A DNA stretch of 64,000 bases, taken from positions 672,001 through 736,000 of the forward strand of contig CM000429.1 of the NCBI GenBank assembly GCA_000165345.1. The letters are read 5' to 3'. Under the pieces are notes generated by a model, which did no database searches, was not told the origin of the DNA, and saw only the letters and a list, made by a program, of their open reading frames with translations. Position 1 is the stretch's first letter. Every line of letters begins with the position of its first letter. The position numbers and the translations under genes are program-made. Positions 20,601 to 34,288 of this stretch are shown one piece after another.

Positions 20601-21969
20601 TAATGGTATTAGTAGTATTAATACCAGTAATACAAGTACTACTACTACTACTACTAATAATAATAATAATAATAATAATAATATTAATAATAATATTAAT
20701 AGTAGTAATATTGATTTAGATGATGATTTTGAGAGTTTTCTGCTTGAAAGACCTTTTGAATTCAGGCTTATACAAAATAGAATAGGAAGAAGAAGGATTT
20801 GTAGTGGAAATGAAGGAAGAGAAAGAAGAAGAAATCAAGGATTAGTTGGTGTTAATTCTAATAATTGTAGAGATTTTAATAACAATAATACAAGAATGAC
20901 AGACGAAGATTGGGAAGATTTTGAAAATCGTAACAATTATGATGATGATTATTATAATTCAGATTTAGATAGCATTGAAGAAGGTCTAGATGATGAAGAG
21001 ATGGAATATTACTATTTAAATAATAAAATATCAGACTTTACTCATATTAATGAGTTTAAATGGTCTAGAGTAGGAAGAAGTTTATGTTCAAAGCCTGATA
21101 CTTCTAGTATGGTTAAATTTAGATTTGAGACTTATCCGATAAAAAATAATTCAATAACAGGAGTTAAAACACAATTACAGAGTCAAATGTTGAAATGTAC
21201 TTTAAATAATGTTAATAATGGAGATATATTAAAGAATATTGAAGATATGCGAGATTTTAATTATTATATGGAAAATACTAATAAATCATTTAATACTTTA
21301 TTACCTAAAGGAATTGTTGATTTTGTTGCTTTACTTCCCCCTAGTAATATTCCAACAAGTTCTATCAGAAATATTCTTGGAATTACTCAAGAAGTTGTTG
21401 ATCTTTTAATTACCAATCTTCAGACTTGTTTACTTCCTCAGAAAATTGATATCTATAAATATTCCTCAATGTCTTCTTTGGCATATTTATGTAATCAGAA
21501 TAATATTAAAAATAATGAACATAATAATATTCAAAATGATAATAATAATAATAATAATAATAGTAATATTAATAATAGTAATAATAGCAATAATGGTAAT
21601 AATAATATTAGCTCCAATAATATTAACAATACTTCAGATTTTGGTATACCACGTAAATCATCATTTAACAACGGCCTTTCGGATCAAATGAATACTAATA
21701 CATCATTAAATGATAATCAAAATTTCAGTAATATACAATATTCATCCAACTCTAATCTTGATATTAATAAATTACAAGAAATCATCCAAAAATCAATTCC
21801 TTGGATTTCTAATAATAATATCAATATGAACATGAATACAGGTAATGATTTGTTAAATAATACAAATAATGATAATAATACTTTCTTTACACCTTGTAAT
21901 GTACCAAATCCTAACAGATTCTCAAATAAACCCAAAAATTCAAACTCAAAAGTACAAATACAACTTTAA
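17611..21969 (+). CDS. HAT (half-a-TPR) repeat mRNA 3'-end processing factor, CstF77/Rna14-like. It has a very long N/S/T-rich low-complexity C-terminal region.
   Basis: The N-terminus NPYDYSLWENI...FERALEFFPTSPIVWKRYIEY parallels CstF77 NPYDLDAWSILI...[20 protein letters not shown]. Multiple HAT-like W/Y-rich helical repeats occur in the first ~700 aa. A Prp39-type HAT protein is the alternative. Confidence 0.55.
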   Translation: MKKGITSLIDSIVEKNPYDYSLWENIFTVKSESEVFERALEFFPTSPIVWKRYIEYLQSQKNTDEKVLLGIYQRCIHQCSCIMIWKLFIPFVDEKINSLKDRYQIYQLALDTVGSDPRSGFIWQRMYKLRLMVYNTLISKNEASLSGNTLLLNPFETSTIPIISEQIEECFALGDKIATIVTLRQFFIQWLTTPVGNLETAFIAYSLFENSISSSSTTDVPNMNTGIVIGGVVPVSESASKLVTKNLLQSGEKLVNISKIVHKNMMVLVDNLHEDIPAKPLDKSNRSEWMSKFIPWKRYILFEKSNPLGLDKSHYFNRVSYSFRNCLLYFSYHPEVWYEYFIFVWNSHPVQLTGMEIATELLSSAIQRFLPKDEILKLVLAEVYELRKKLDKVMHLYHSMIYIESSGEVIQMDDSGVPVTDDNNGDNNINMSNTSVGNNNNSNNNNSTQSNTQSNTQNNTQNNNQNNNNNHHHHLNSGIGINNDQNNHQINIQEEANDHHISMGKSRNSQLFVNVGEGIGGETFGVNNGNSNNVIGSRSSVAMIDDNSNSLGGSNTTDFHIGDRNDGISISKQYSQMITSGLSHKQYNPGVSAVVIIEYLNFILRSTNDKVIWREVFLDYVKRSPRIYDIKWICYSQALNEWRLYNNLDGAYQIFYFGMYYRHLFLDVSFMSCFVSFLLDTGKLQQARNTLQSSIYEIYKETGKVPKQLWLQWFHLERMSGSSIYSLNYLNRIYQLQKDGKNVEIDMLLSKRQQEAWHAILGAPEFAELNKEYIGNDNIDPKTKVYGHSYIVNPFDDDNFIGGLSSSNVNDSNNNDNNNNINSSSNLLLQNQRGANSVLTTGAIGNSRRSLEVNSGNKFILTCPSKFRTAFECFRFGSIYPNSSWTEFYLFDGEEGRNNYLGGGIGISSQSEDERICLGNCNICSKPSSTSSSSVSNGNSNTCICNCHNKIKGTASILSRSVLEEGKSDSSNDYNCVSEGRIAGTYHNEQSTGIATNNGISSINTSNTSTTTTTTNNNNNNNNNINNNINSSNIDLDDDFESFLLERPFEFRLIQNRIGRRRICSGNEGRERRRNQGLVGVNSNNCRDFNNNNTRMTDEDWEDFENRNNYDDDYYNSDLDSIEEGLDDEEMEYYYLNNKISDFTHINEFKWSRVGRSLCSKPDTSSMVKFRFETYPIKNNSITGVKTQLQSQMLKCTLNNVNNGDILKNIEDMRDFNYYMENTNKSFNTLLPKGIVDFVALLPPSNIPTSSIRNILGITQEVVDLLITNLQTCLLPQKIDIYKYSSMSSLAYLCNQNNIKNNEHNNIQNDNNNNNNNSNINNSNNSNNGNNNISSNNINNTSDFGIPRKSSFNNGLSDQMNTNTSLNDNQNFSNIQYSSNSNLDINKLQEIIQKSIPWISNNNINMNMNTGNDLLNNTNNDNNTFFTPCNVPNPNRFSNKPKNSNSKVQIQL

Positions 21970-22030
21970 TAATTAATTTTAATTGTTATTTTAACTATAA
22001 ATATAAATATAAATATTTCTAAGTTTCATA

Positions 22031-22130
22031 TTTTTTCTTTCTTTCTTTCCTTCCTTCCTTCCTTCTTTCTCTCTTCCCCACTCACTGACTCTTTCTTTCT
22101 TTGTTTTTTTTTCTCCCTATATTGCTATTT
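22031..22130. repeat. Polypyrimidine (CT-rich, (CTTT/CCTT)n) tract of about 100 bp in the convergent 3' intergenic region.
   Basis: ttttttctttctttctttccttccttccttccttctttctctcttcccc... lies between the stop of the + gene (21969) and the stop of the - gene (22172). Confidence 0.85.
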
Positions 22131-22171
22131 ATTCATAATCCCCTATTCATTAGTCCATGTTTATTACAAAT

Positions 22172-27031
<4,860 letters not shown>

Positions 27032-27628
27032 TTTTTTTTTCTCCTTCTTTCCTTATCTGAATATCTTTAAATATTCTGTTCTACATATTACTTATTTTAT
27101 TGCCAAAATATTACTATACAAAAATATATTATTTTTTCTCTTTTATTTTCTTGACCTTTTTTTCTTTGTTATTTTCTTGTGGATCTGCATACCTGCATTA
27201 CCCCCCATCTATATATACGGTCTGTCGTTACAGGTTTAAAATTCATTAAATATATATATATTTTTTTGTAACTCTTATAATAATGAATTTTAATATTAAT
27301 AATTCAAATTTTAACTCGATTTTTTCTTTTTTTTTATTGTTTATTCATTTTTTACCTTTTTAATTATTTTTTGTATTTTTGTCAACATAAAATTAATACC
27401 ATTATTTTTTTTATCCACATGAATTTGAAGATGTAAAAAAGAAATTAAAAATTGACTGATAAAAAGTCATTAAAACTTAAATAAGTAAAAATAATTAGCA
27501 ATCCATTAGTAACCATACAATTTAAGTAAATTGAAATTTATCACCAATATTAATTTTTTTTTTGACATACATTCTATCTATATGCCGGGAATTTATAGTC
27601 ATCCACATGAAATTAGTTTCAACGCAAA

Positions 27629-27652
27629 TTGCATGCATGCAATAATGACGTG
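27629..27652. promoter_or_regulatory. Palindrome TTGCATGCATGCAA (identical to the box at 8411) followed by TGACGTG, upstream of gene 22172..27031(-).
   Basis: It is about 600 bp 5' of the ATG at 27031 on the minus strand. Confidence 0.55.
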
Positions 27653-27722
27653 TCAAAACAATAAAAATCAGAAGATATGATAGTAATAGAAATAATTTAA
27701 ATTAAGCTAAATCTAAAATATT

Positions 27723-29093
27723 TTAATTCAAAATTGCAGACTTAAAGCTATCAGTGATGTTTTGAATCAGATTTGTGGAATCTTGAGTGAAATTAATACA
27801 AGGTTTTAGAATATTCTTTGTAATTTCAGCCGATCTGGGTGATTTTCTATCGTTTGAAGAGTATCTTTTAATTGTAAAATTGCGACCTAATTCAGGTTTA
27901 TGTTGTAATTGGTTTTTTGAAAATGTATTATTTATGTTAGGAAGATTGTCTTTTGAATATTTGGTTGTGTTGAGTGGGGTAGAACCAGAAGATAGTTGAT
28001 TAGCATAGTTTAGATTATTATTAAACTGTGGATATTTCCCTTTATTAGCATGATTAGTAAAATTAAAATTTGGAGAATGCGGTGGGAATATAGTTAAAAC
28101 TGGATTTGAATTAACAGGAGATTGAATAGTAGAAAATAATACGGGATTTGCATGGGTAAAATCAATAATATTGTTCCCAATTACCACATTATTCCCTATT
28201 TGTTTATGAAAGTGATTAGAACTTCCATAACTTTGTTGAGTAAAGTCTCTTGATATTTGCTTTTGTTTGGTGAATTCTGAGATATTAGAAGTCTTTCTTT
28301 CTAAAGATGGGTTACTAATTGGTCCATTATTGAATGATGCATTTTGCTTTCTAGTATAGAATTGCTTCTTTTCTGGAATCAGTTCAAAATAAAGTTCTTC
28401 TCTATTTAGAGTTAATCCATTATTCAATTGTTTTCCCAATGTATTACTTGAAATATTCTCTTTATCATTAACTTCAGGCTTATTTAATGAACTAGATGGT
28501 GCTACCAGATTATCTTTAGTAACATTTATTTCTATTTTTTGATTAGAAATTACTGTTTTCTGTTTCTCATTACCTTTGAAATTCTTGACTTTGTAAAAGG
28601 AATAGTAAAATATTTTATCTTTTTTTGATTCAATAATATTCACTACAGAATTTATTCCATGAAAATATCTAATAAGGTTTTGTTGGAATTCCAACATAGT
28701 ATTCTCATCCAATGATAATAGCTCAGATTCATTTTCTAATTCAGTGCTTTCACAAGATCTAGATTTATCCATAATTGCTTCTTGCCTATTATTACTTTGT
28801 TTAAAGTTGGAAATTAACTTATCCATTGCAAATCTTTGTTTTTTATATTCAATCAATTTCATAGTGTGAAATAACATACAAATGGATTGAGTTTGCCTTG
28901 CTAATGCATAAAATCCATCCAACATATATTTATTGTATTTCTTTTTTTGTAAAGATAGTTCCCTTTCAAGCTGACTTTTATACTTCCAATTGTAAAGGCA
29001 GTTCCTAATTTGTCTTTCTTTTATTTGTTTTAGTAGCATTTCTGTTCCATATATGGATACAATAAGATCTTCAATACAAAACTCAGAATCCAT
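27723..29093 (-). CDS. Hypothetical protein, 456 aa, with an N-terminal helical region and an N/S/P-rich C-terminal half.
   Basis: A long ORF with A-rich context before the ATG. I recognise no domain. Confidence 0.5.
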   Translation of the reverse strand: MDSEFCIEDLIVSIYGTEMLLKQIKERQIRNCLYNWKYKSQLERELSLQKKKYNKYMLDGFYALARQTQSICMLFHTMKLIEYKKQRFAMDKLISNFKQSNNRQEAIMDKSRSCESTELENESELLSLDENTMLEFQQNLIRYFHGINSVVNIIESKKDKIFYYSFYKVKNFKGNEKQKTVISNQKIEINVTKDNLVAPSSSLNKPEVNDKENISSNTLGKQLNNGLTLNREELYFELIPEKKQFYTRKQNASFNNGPISNPSLERKTSNISEFTKQKQISRDFTQQSYGSSNHFHKQIGNNVVIGNNIIDFTHANPVLFSTIQSPVNSNPVLTIFPPHSPNFNFTNHANKGKYPQFNNNLNYANQLSSGSTPLNTTKYSKDNLPNINNTFSKNQLQHKPELGRNFTIKRYSSNDRKSPRSAEITKNILKPCINFTQDSTNLIQNITDSFKSAILN

Positions 29094-29482
29094 TTTTTTT
29101 TGTTTATTATATTTCCTTCCTTTTTATTTACTCTAAATAATTATTCCAAAATAAAATTTCTTGAGGTAAATAAACAATTCACACGGAATATCCTTTTTTT
29201 AAAATAATAATAATAATATTGACTGTAATAACTCTGCCAACTCTTATAATTAACCTATAAAAATGCTTCGTTTCCCTTTGTATTGCTTCTCTGAACTCAG
29301 TATATGAAGATCTGTAACCCAAGTTCACTAAATAAAAAAGATTTCCTTCTTCCTACTATTCCCTCTCTATTATATTTCATTTACAAAAAAAAAAAAGGAA
29401 AAAAACATGCCAAAGTGTGGGGTACCGTAAAAAAAACATGCGAAGAACATGCAAGCTGGCGCGCGCGCTAAAATGTATAAAA

Positions 29483-31747
29483 TTAATTAGAGCTAATTAT
29501 TGCTATGGGATCTAGATACTTAATAAGGAAAGATTGTAAAGACGGAAATTTTGATGTGATTTGATCAAAACATGTTCCTTCTGAAAGCTCCTTCCAATCT
29601 TCAATAGAATTTATATCCTTCCAGTAATCCAAATCGAGTAAAAAAGAGCATTTTCCCAAAAGTAAAGTAGCTTCTTCATCTAAAGCTTCAAAATTATTGG
29701 AAAGAATTCGATTATTGAGATTCTGCCCAATCATACTAAGTATCTTAGTGTATTTTATAGAGTTTATCGATGACTCGGCACATCCTAGCTTTGTAAGTTT
29801 GAAATCCGAGATAATTTGTTTGTGTAACATCTCTAAATTAGTAATCATAGATTCAGAATTAGAATTCCCAAAAATATTGTCAACTTTTGAAATTTCTCCA
29901 TTTCTGAGCCCTCTATATTTTAAAATTAATTGATTAAATTCAAAATTTGAATTTCCAATACTTTCTCCTGTAGCTTCATTTTCTGTGTTATTTATATTGT
30001 TCAAGTATTCTTGTGATTCATTGTTATATGGGGAAGAGAGGTCTATTTTGAGAGGAATATCCTGATAGTTTACAAGAAGATAAAGAGTATTCTGAGAGTA
30101 AGTAGTAAAATAAATCTTATTTGATTGGTTTGAATGATCCAAAATATTTTTACATATTAGCTGATGACCATTTTCTGTAATGTATATTATAAAGATGTGT
30201 TTATTTGTACATAAAATACATTTATGAGTAATACCAGGTTGAAGAGAAGATTTTTGATATAGGAAAATATCTTGAGCTTGAGGACTTGATACCAGTTGAA
30301 TATTCTGTTCAAGGTTGCAAATATCACTAAAACAATTGTTATCGTTTTTACTTGCAAATGATGAAATATTCATAATTTCATGTAATAAGGACATATTAAA
30401 TGATGGCTTATGTGTCCAACTCAACAAAGGGTTTGTAGCTTCACTAGTTTCAGGTAACAAACTTGATGTTGGTGTAAGTTGTAAAAGTTTTAAGGAATTA
30501 TTGGATTTATAGATGAAGAAAAGAGCAAATTTATGAAAATCACCCAAAGATATTTCAAGGTGAATCTTCATTGTTGATATACTATTTTCATGATTTCTTG
30601 TATCGGTATTTTCAAAGCAAGGTATTGCTATCAGATTTGAAGGATAAAAGTCACCAATTTGATTAAAGTTTAAAGTCCAACAAAGTTCTACTACTCCAAA
30701 AGAGTCGTGCCTAAAAAGAATAAGTATTTTTGTTTTTTTACCATTAAGAGTATTAGGAATTTCTGCTGTTATAAAACACATAAATGATACATTCCATTTG
30801 ATATAACTTGATGGGAATGAAAATATGAGAATATCCTCATTAAATGTTGTTTTACGTAGCTTTTTAACACCTTTTCTACGATCAAAGGGAGTTCTTATGG
30901 GAGCTTCAGAAGGTCTAGTATATTCAGAATAATCATCAAAATCCTCAGTATTTTCAGCTATTTTAGCAGTTCTTGGTTTAGATCTTTGAATTCTCTCACT
31001 ACTATTCCATGCTGATTTAAGTAATCCAACAATACTTTTCAGGTGACTTTTAGATTCTTTTTCAAATTCTGGACAGAAAATTGAAGAATCAGAATTTTGA
31101 TTCTCAGATTGAAAAATATTTTCATTAAATTTTGCAATATCCCACCAATTAGATGACATTGAAAAACCCAAAACTTGAGCAATTTCTCCAGATACTGTTA
31201 TTCTAAGAGTATGAAGTTTTAAAGTACTAGTAGAAATAACAAATTGAAATTCTCCATCTCCAGTTCTAATTGCAAGAGAAACAGAATGATCATTTTGATC
31301 TTTTAATAAAGCCTGATCTTCAGTATCTTGGTCCTCCTCCAGCTCTAAATTATACACTTTAGGTTCTACTGAAATGTTTATACCTTGTGAATGCATTTCA
31401 GTAAAAGATTTAATATCGTGACAGTAAACCCACATATATCTTCTAGTCCAAGCAACTAAAACATAAACCATATCATTGTATTTAAAAAATCCAAGTTGGG
31501 AGACTAATAAGGAATCTCCATTCGGTATAAACCTTAATAAGTCTTTTGGAACGTTAATATTCCACTCTAACAAAAATTCATCGTTTGTACTCCAACAACT
31601 ACATTTCCACTGAAAAGCAACTTCTGAGTTATCATTCAAATCCTCCACTTTTTCTAATGATATACATATTCCTTGGTTTGGGTCTCCTCTTACTGGTTCT
31701 TGCTTCATTTTACTTGTATTATTTGTTTCTATTTGCAATTCTCGCAC
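29483..31747 (-). CDS. Hypothetical protein, 754 aa. The N-terminal region could be a longin-like fold. I do not recognise the function.
   Basis: An uninterrupted ORF. A TTTGGCGCCAAC box lies about 180 bp upstream. Confidence 0.5.
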   Translation of the reverse strand: MRELQIETNNTSKMKQEPVRGDPNQGICISLEKVEDLNDNSEVAFQWKCSCWSTNDEFLLEWNINVPKDLLRFIPNGDSLLVSQLGFFKYNDMVYVLVAWTRRYMWVYCHDIKSFTEMHSQGINISVEPKVYNLELEEDQDTEDQALLKDQNDHSVSLAIRTGDGEFQFVISTSTLKLHTLRITVSGEIAQVLGFSMSSNWWDIAKFNENIFQSENQNSDSSIFCPEFEKESKSHLKSIVGLLKSAWNSSERIQRSKPRTAKIAENTEDFDDYSEYTRPSEAPIRTPFDRRKGVKKLRKTTFNEDILIFSFPSSYIKWNVSFMCFITAEIPNTLNGKKTKILILFRHDSFGVVELCWTLNFNQIGDFYPSNLIAIPCFENTDTRNHENSISTMKIHLEISLGDFHKFALFFIYKSNNSLKLLQLTPTSSLLPETSEATNPLLSWTHKPSFNMSLLHEIMNISSFASKNDNNCFSDICNLEQNIQLVSSPQAQDIFLYQKSSLQPGITHKCILCTNKHIFIIYITENGHQLICKNILDHSNQSNKIYFTTYSQNTLYLLVNYQDIPLKIDLSSPYNNESQEYLNNINNTENEATGESIGNSNFEFNQLILKYRGLRNGEISKVDNIFGNSNSESMITNLEMLHKQIISDFKLTKLGCAESSINSIKYTKILSMIGQNLNNRILSNNFEALDEEATLLLGKCSFLLDLDYWKDINSIEDWKELSEGTCFDQITSKFPSLQSFLIKYLDPIAIISSN

Positions 31748-31921
31748 ACTATAATTTTAAGCTTCTACCAAATAGTGGCTCCAAGAGGAAATGGTAAAAT
31801 TTAGTTGCAATGTATTTCTGTATTTCTATGAACCTCTTTTCTCAGCCACTTTTGAACTTTCTTTTTTTTCATTCAATTCTTTTTTACTTTAATATGCTAA
31901 TAAAGTATTCATTGTCTAAAC

Positions 31922-31934
31922 TTTTGGCGCCAAC
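31922..31934. promoter_or_regulatory. E2F-like TTTTGGCGCCAAC box, about 180 bp upstream of gene 29483..31747(-).
   Basis: A GGCGCC core with a palindromic TTGGCGCCAA context. Confidence 0.5.
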
Positions 31935-32211
31935 ACATGTTGTATTTTAACGGCTTGTACATGTAATAGTGGGTTTTATAGTGTAAGATTTACGTAATAA
32001 TTTGAATAAAAGAATTTATAAAGGAAGATTATATAGAGGGAAAATAATTCAGGATATTTAAATCAAGAGAATAAACATGAACTATTTATTAAGGACTAAG
32101 TCTAATTTTTTGCTAATATATATTTTAATGATTGGTGTGAAAAAAGCATTAGAGTAAACAAATGCGGTATAGTATCTGTATATAAACATGGAAATGTGAA
32201 TTGAAGATTAG

Positions 32212-32976
32212 TTAGTCAGTTTTGTGTTTTTTACCTTTTTTTGACTTTGCTGAATTTTTGTTTTTGGAGGTTTGTTTATTATTATTGGTTTTGTTATTAT
32301 TAGTAATGGGTTTGTAAATATTAGTAGTCTTTGATCTTTCTTTACTATTTAAATACTTATAAACTGGGTCTTCTTTCATAACTTTAGAAACTTTCATATT
32401 CCTTTTAATATCGTAAATCATAAATAAACCAACTTCAGCAATTAAACATAGAATAGAGCATGCAATTCCAATGAAGATTCTGGAGTTAATATCCTCAAGA
32501 CCCATATATAATGGAGCATAGAATCCACCAATAAATGTTAAAATAAGACCAATTAGTGCATTCATACTCATTAAAACGTCTCTAGAATAGTGCACTCCAA
32601 AGGCATCTGGTACATTATTTGAAGTTTTAGTATACTTAGCTTGCGATAAATTTTTGATTGATGATTGATATTTACGTTCTTCTGAGCGCTTTCTTAATAT
32701 TTCTATTATAGACAAATTTTTTTGTGTTGCATTTTTTTGATTCTGATCTAAGTCGATCTCTTTTTTGCTATTCAAAAGAAGTTCTTGTAGACTTGGAATA
32801 GAGTCAACATTCTTTTCATCAGTTCCATTTTCTTTATTAATAGAGTTATATTCTTTAACTATTTTTGAATATGCTTTATATAATGTATCTACATCAATAT
32901 TATCTGAGTTTTTAAAGGACTTATCACCATATTTAGAGAAGAAATCTTTCAGTTCTGGGGTAACTGAAACCTTCAT
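32212..32976 (-). CDS. Small membrane protein, 254 aa. It has an N-terminal soluble domain, two adjacent C-terminal transmembrane helices and a lysine-rich tail. It may be a Vma12/TMEM199-like assembly factor.
   Basis: Two hydrophobic helices: LMSMNALIGLILTFIGGFYAPLYM and IFIGIACSILCLIAEVGLFMIY. The topology resembles Vma12. The assignment is weak. Confidence 0.45.
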   Translation of the reverse strand: MKVSVTPELKDFFSKYGDKSFKNSDNIDVDTLYKAYSKIVKEYNSINKENGTDEKNVDSIPSLQELLLNSKKEIDLDQNQKNATQKNLSIIEILRKRSEERKYQSSIKNLSQAKYTKTSNNVPDAFGVHYSRDVLMSMNALIGLILTFIGGFYAPLYMGLEDINSRIFIGIACSILCLIAEVGLFMIYDIKRNMKVSKVMKEDPVYKYLNSKERSKTTNIYKPITNNNKTNNNKQTSKNKNSAKSKKGKKHKTD

Positions 32977-33715
32977 TTAGCTCAAATATTGTCACTTCTG
33001 TTAATGCTATTACTACTTTTCGTGGGGAATTAATAATCTATTAATTTTTTTCTTTTCTTTTTCTTTTAGTGACTTTATTTAATATTTGAATTAATCTTAT
33101 TCCCGCCTAATTGTGATCTTAAAGAATTAATTTCCAGAGGTTCTTAAAGATTCTCTTGAAAGGATATGATATAAATAAAATCTTGTAATTTAAGAAAAAG
33201 AGAATCGAAATGAATTGTTTTTTTGCTAATGATAAATTTTTATACATCTTTCTTATTAGGTAGATTTTTCAAATCATATTCAGTTTCAAGATCCTATCTA
33301 TTGCTTTATTATACATAGTAATATTCAACTATTACTTTCATTAATAGATTTATTTATTTAATTAGGCCACTTTAAAAAAAAAGTATTGAATTTTAAATGT
33401 GGGTTTTTTTTTGTAGAATACAAATAGTTACATTGAACTTTTAGTTAAAATTAATAAACAAAAATTACAGTTATTAAATAGCTTTTAATCAATTATCAAG
33501 TTATGAAATTTTCATTAAAACTTAAATTACTCAATATTAGTAATTCTAATATGCTATTGAATTTTTATTTTAAACATTTACAAGTACTAATAGTTATATA
33601 AGTTATCAATAAAATAAAAATATTAAAAAAATTATATTAAATAAAATTTTTGTAAAAGCTCACAAAGTTTAATAGTACTACCGGCAATTATTTTCTTATA
33701 ATATTTTGAATTCTT

Positions 33716-33778
33716 ATGCATGCAAGAATTATGCAGTCATTATTTTTGGTACCGGCATAGGCGCCACCTTGCATGCAA
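33716..33778. promoter_or_regulatory. Dense motif cluster TGCATGCA (33718-25), GGTACCGG (33749-56), GGCGCC (33760-65) and TTGCATGCAA (33769-78), in the divergent promoter between 32212..32976(-) and 34289..37411(+).
   Basis: All three recurring motif types lie within 65 bp. Confidence 0.55.
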
Positions 33779-34191
33779 AAATTAGTTCATGTGGATGCAG
33801 AAAAAATAATAGTGTGGAATAAAAAGAATTATACGTATGTAATAATAGTAAATGTTAAAAAAAAAAAAAAAAACTTAAAATAAGTGGCAATAATAATATA
33901 TATAAGAGAAAAATTGTGAAGTAAAAGTTAGAAAGAAAAAGTAGAATTTCAACAAAATTCTATTGTATTTCTTTTTCTCTTAAGTCCATTTTTTCGATGA
34001 TAAATGGATTCAAATTGATATAATTAAAGATTGACAACTAATTATTTAAAATAAGCTTTTAAGGAAAAAGAGTTACTATAAAAGTACGAAAGAAAAACAA
34101 ATTAACGAGAATAATTCTTCAAGAGTTTAAATTTTTAATAAATCAACGATATTATATGTGAAATAAATTACTATCATTAAAAAAAAAGCTG

Positions 34192-34227
<36 letters not shown>

Positions 34228-34288
34228 CAGTTCCTCTTTATATATATACATATTGTTATTTATATATAAATATATAATATAGGGGAAA

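Noticed and set aside
18796-21935. Antisense or alternative-frame small ORFs (18796..19110, 20525..20719, 21446..21691, 21717..21935) inside the CstF77-like gene.
   Set aside because: Their translations are poly-I/L, the usual artefact of reading AAT/ATT repeats that encode the gene's poly-N tracts on the other strand or frame.
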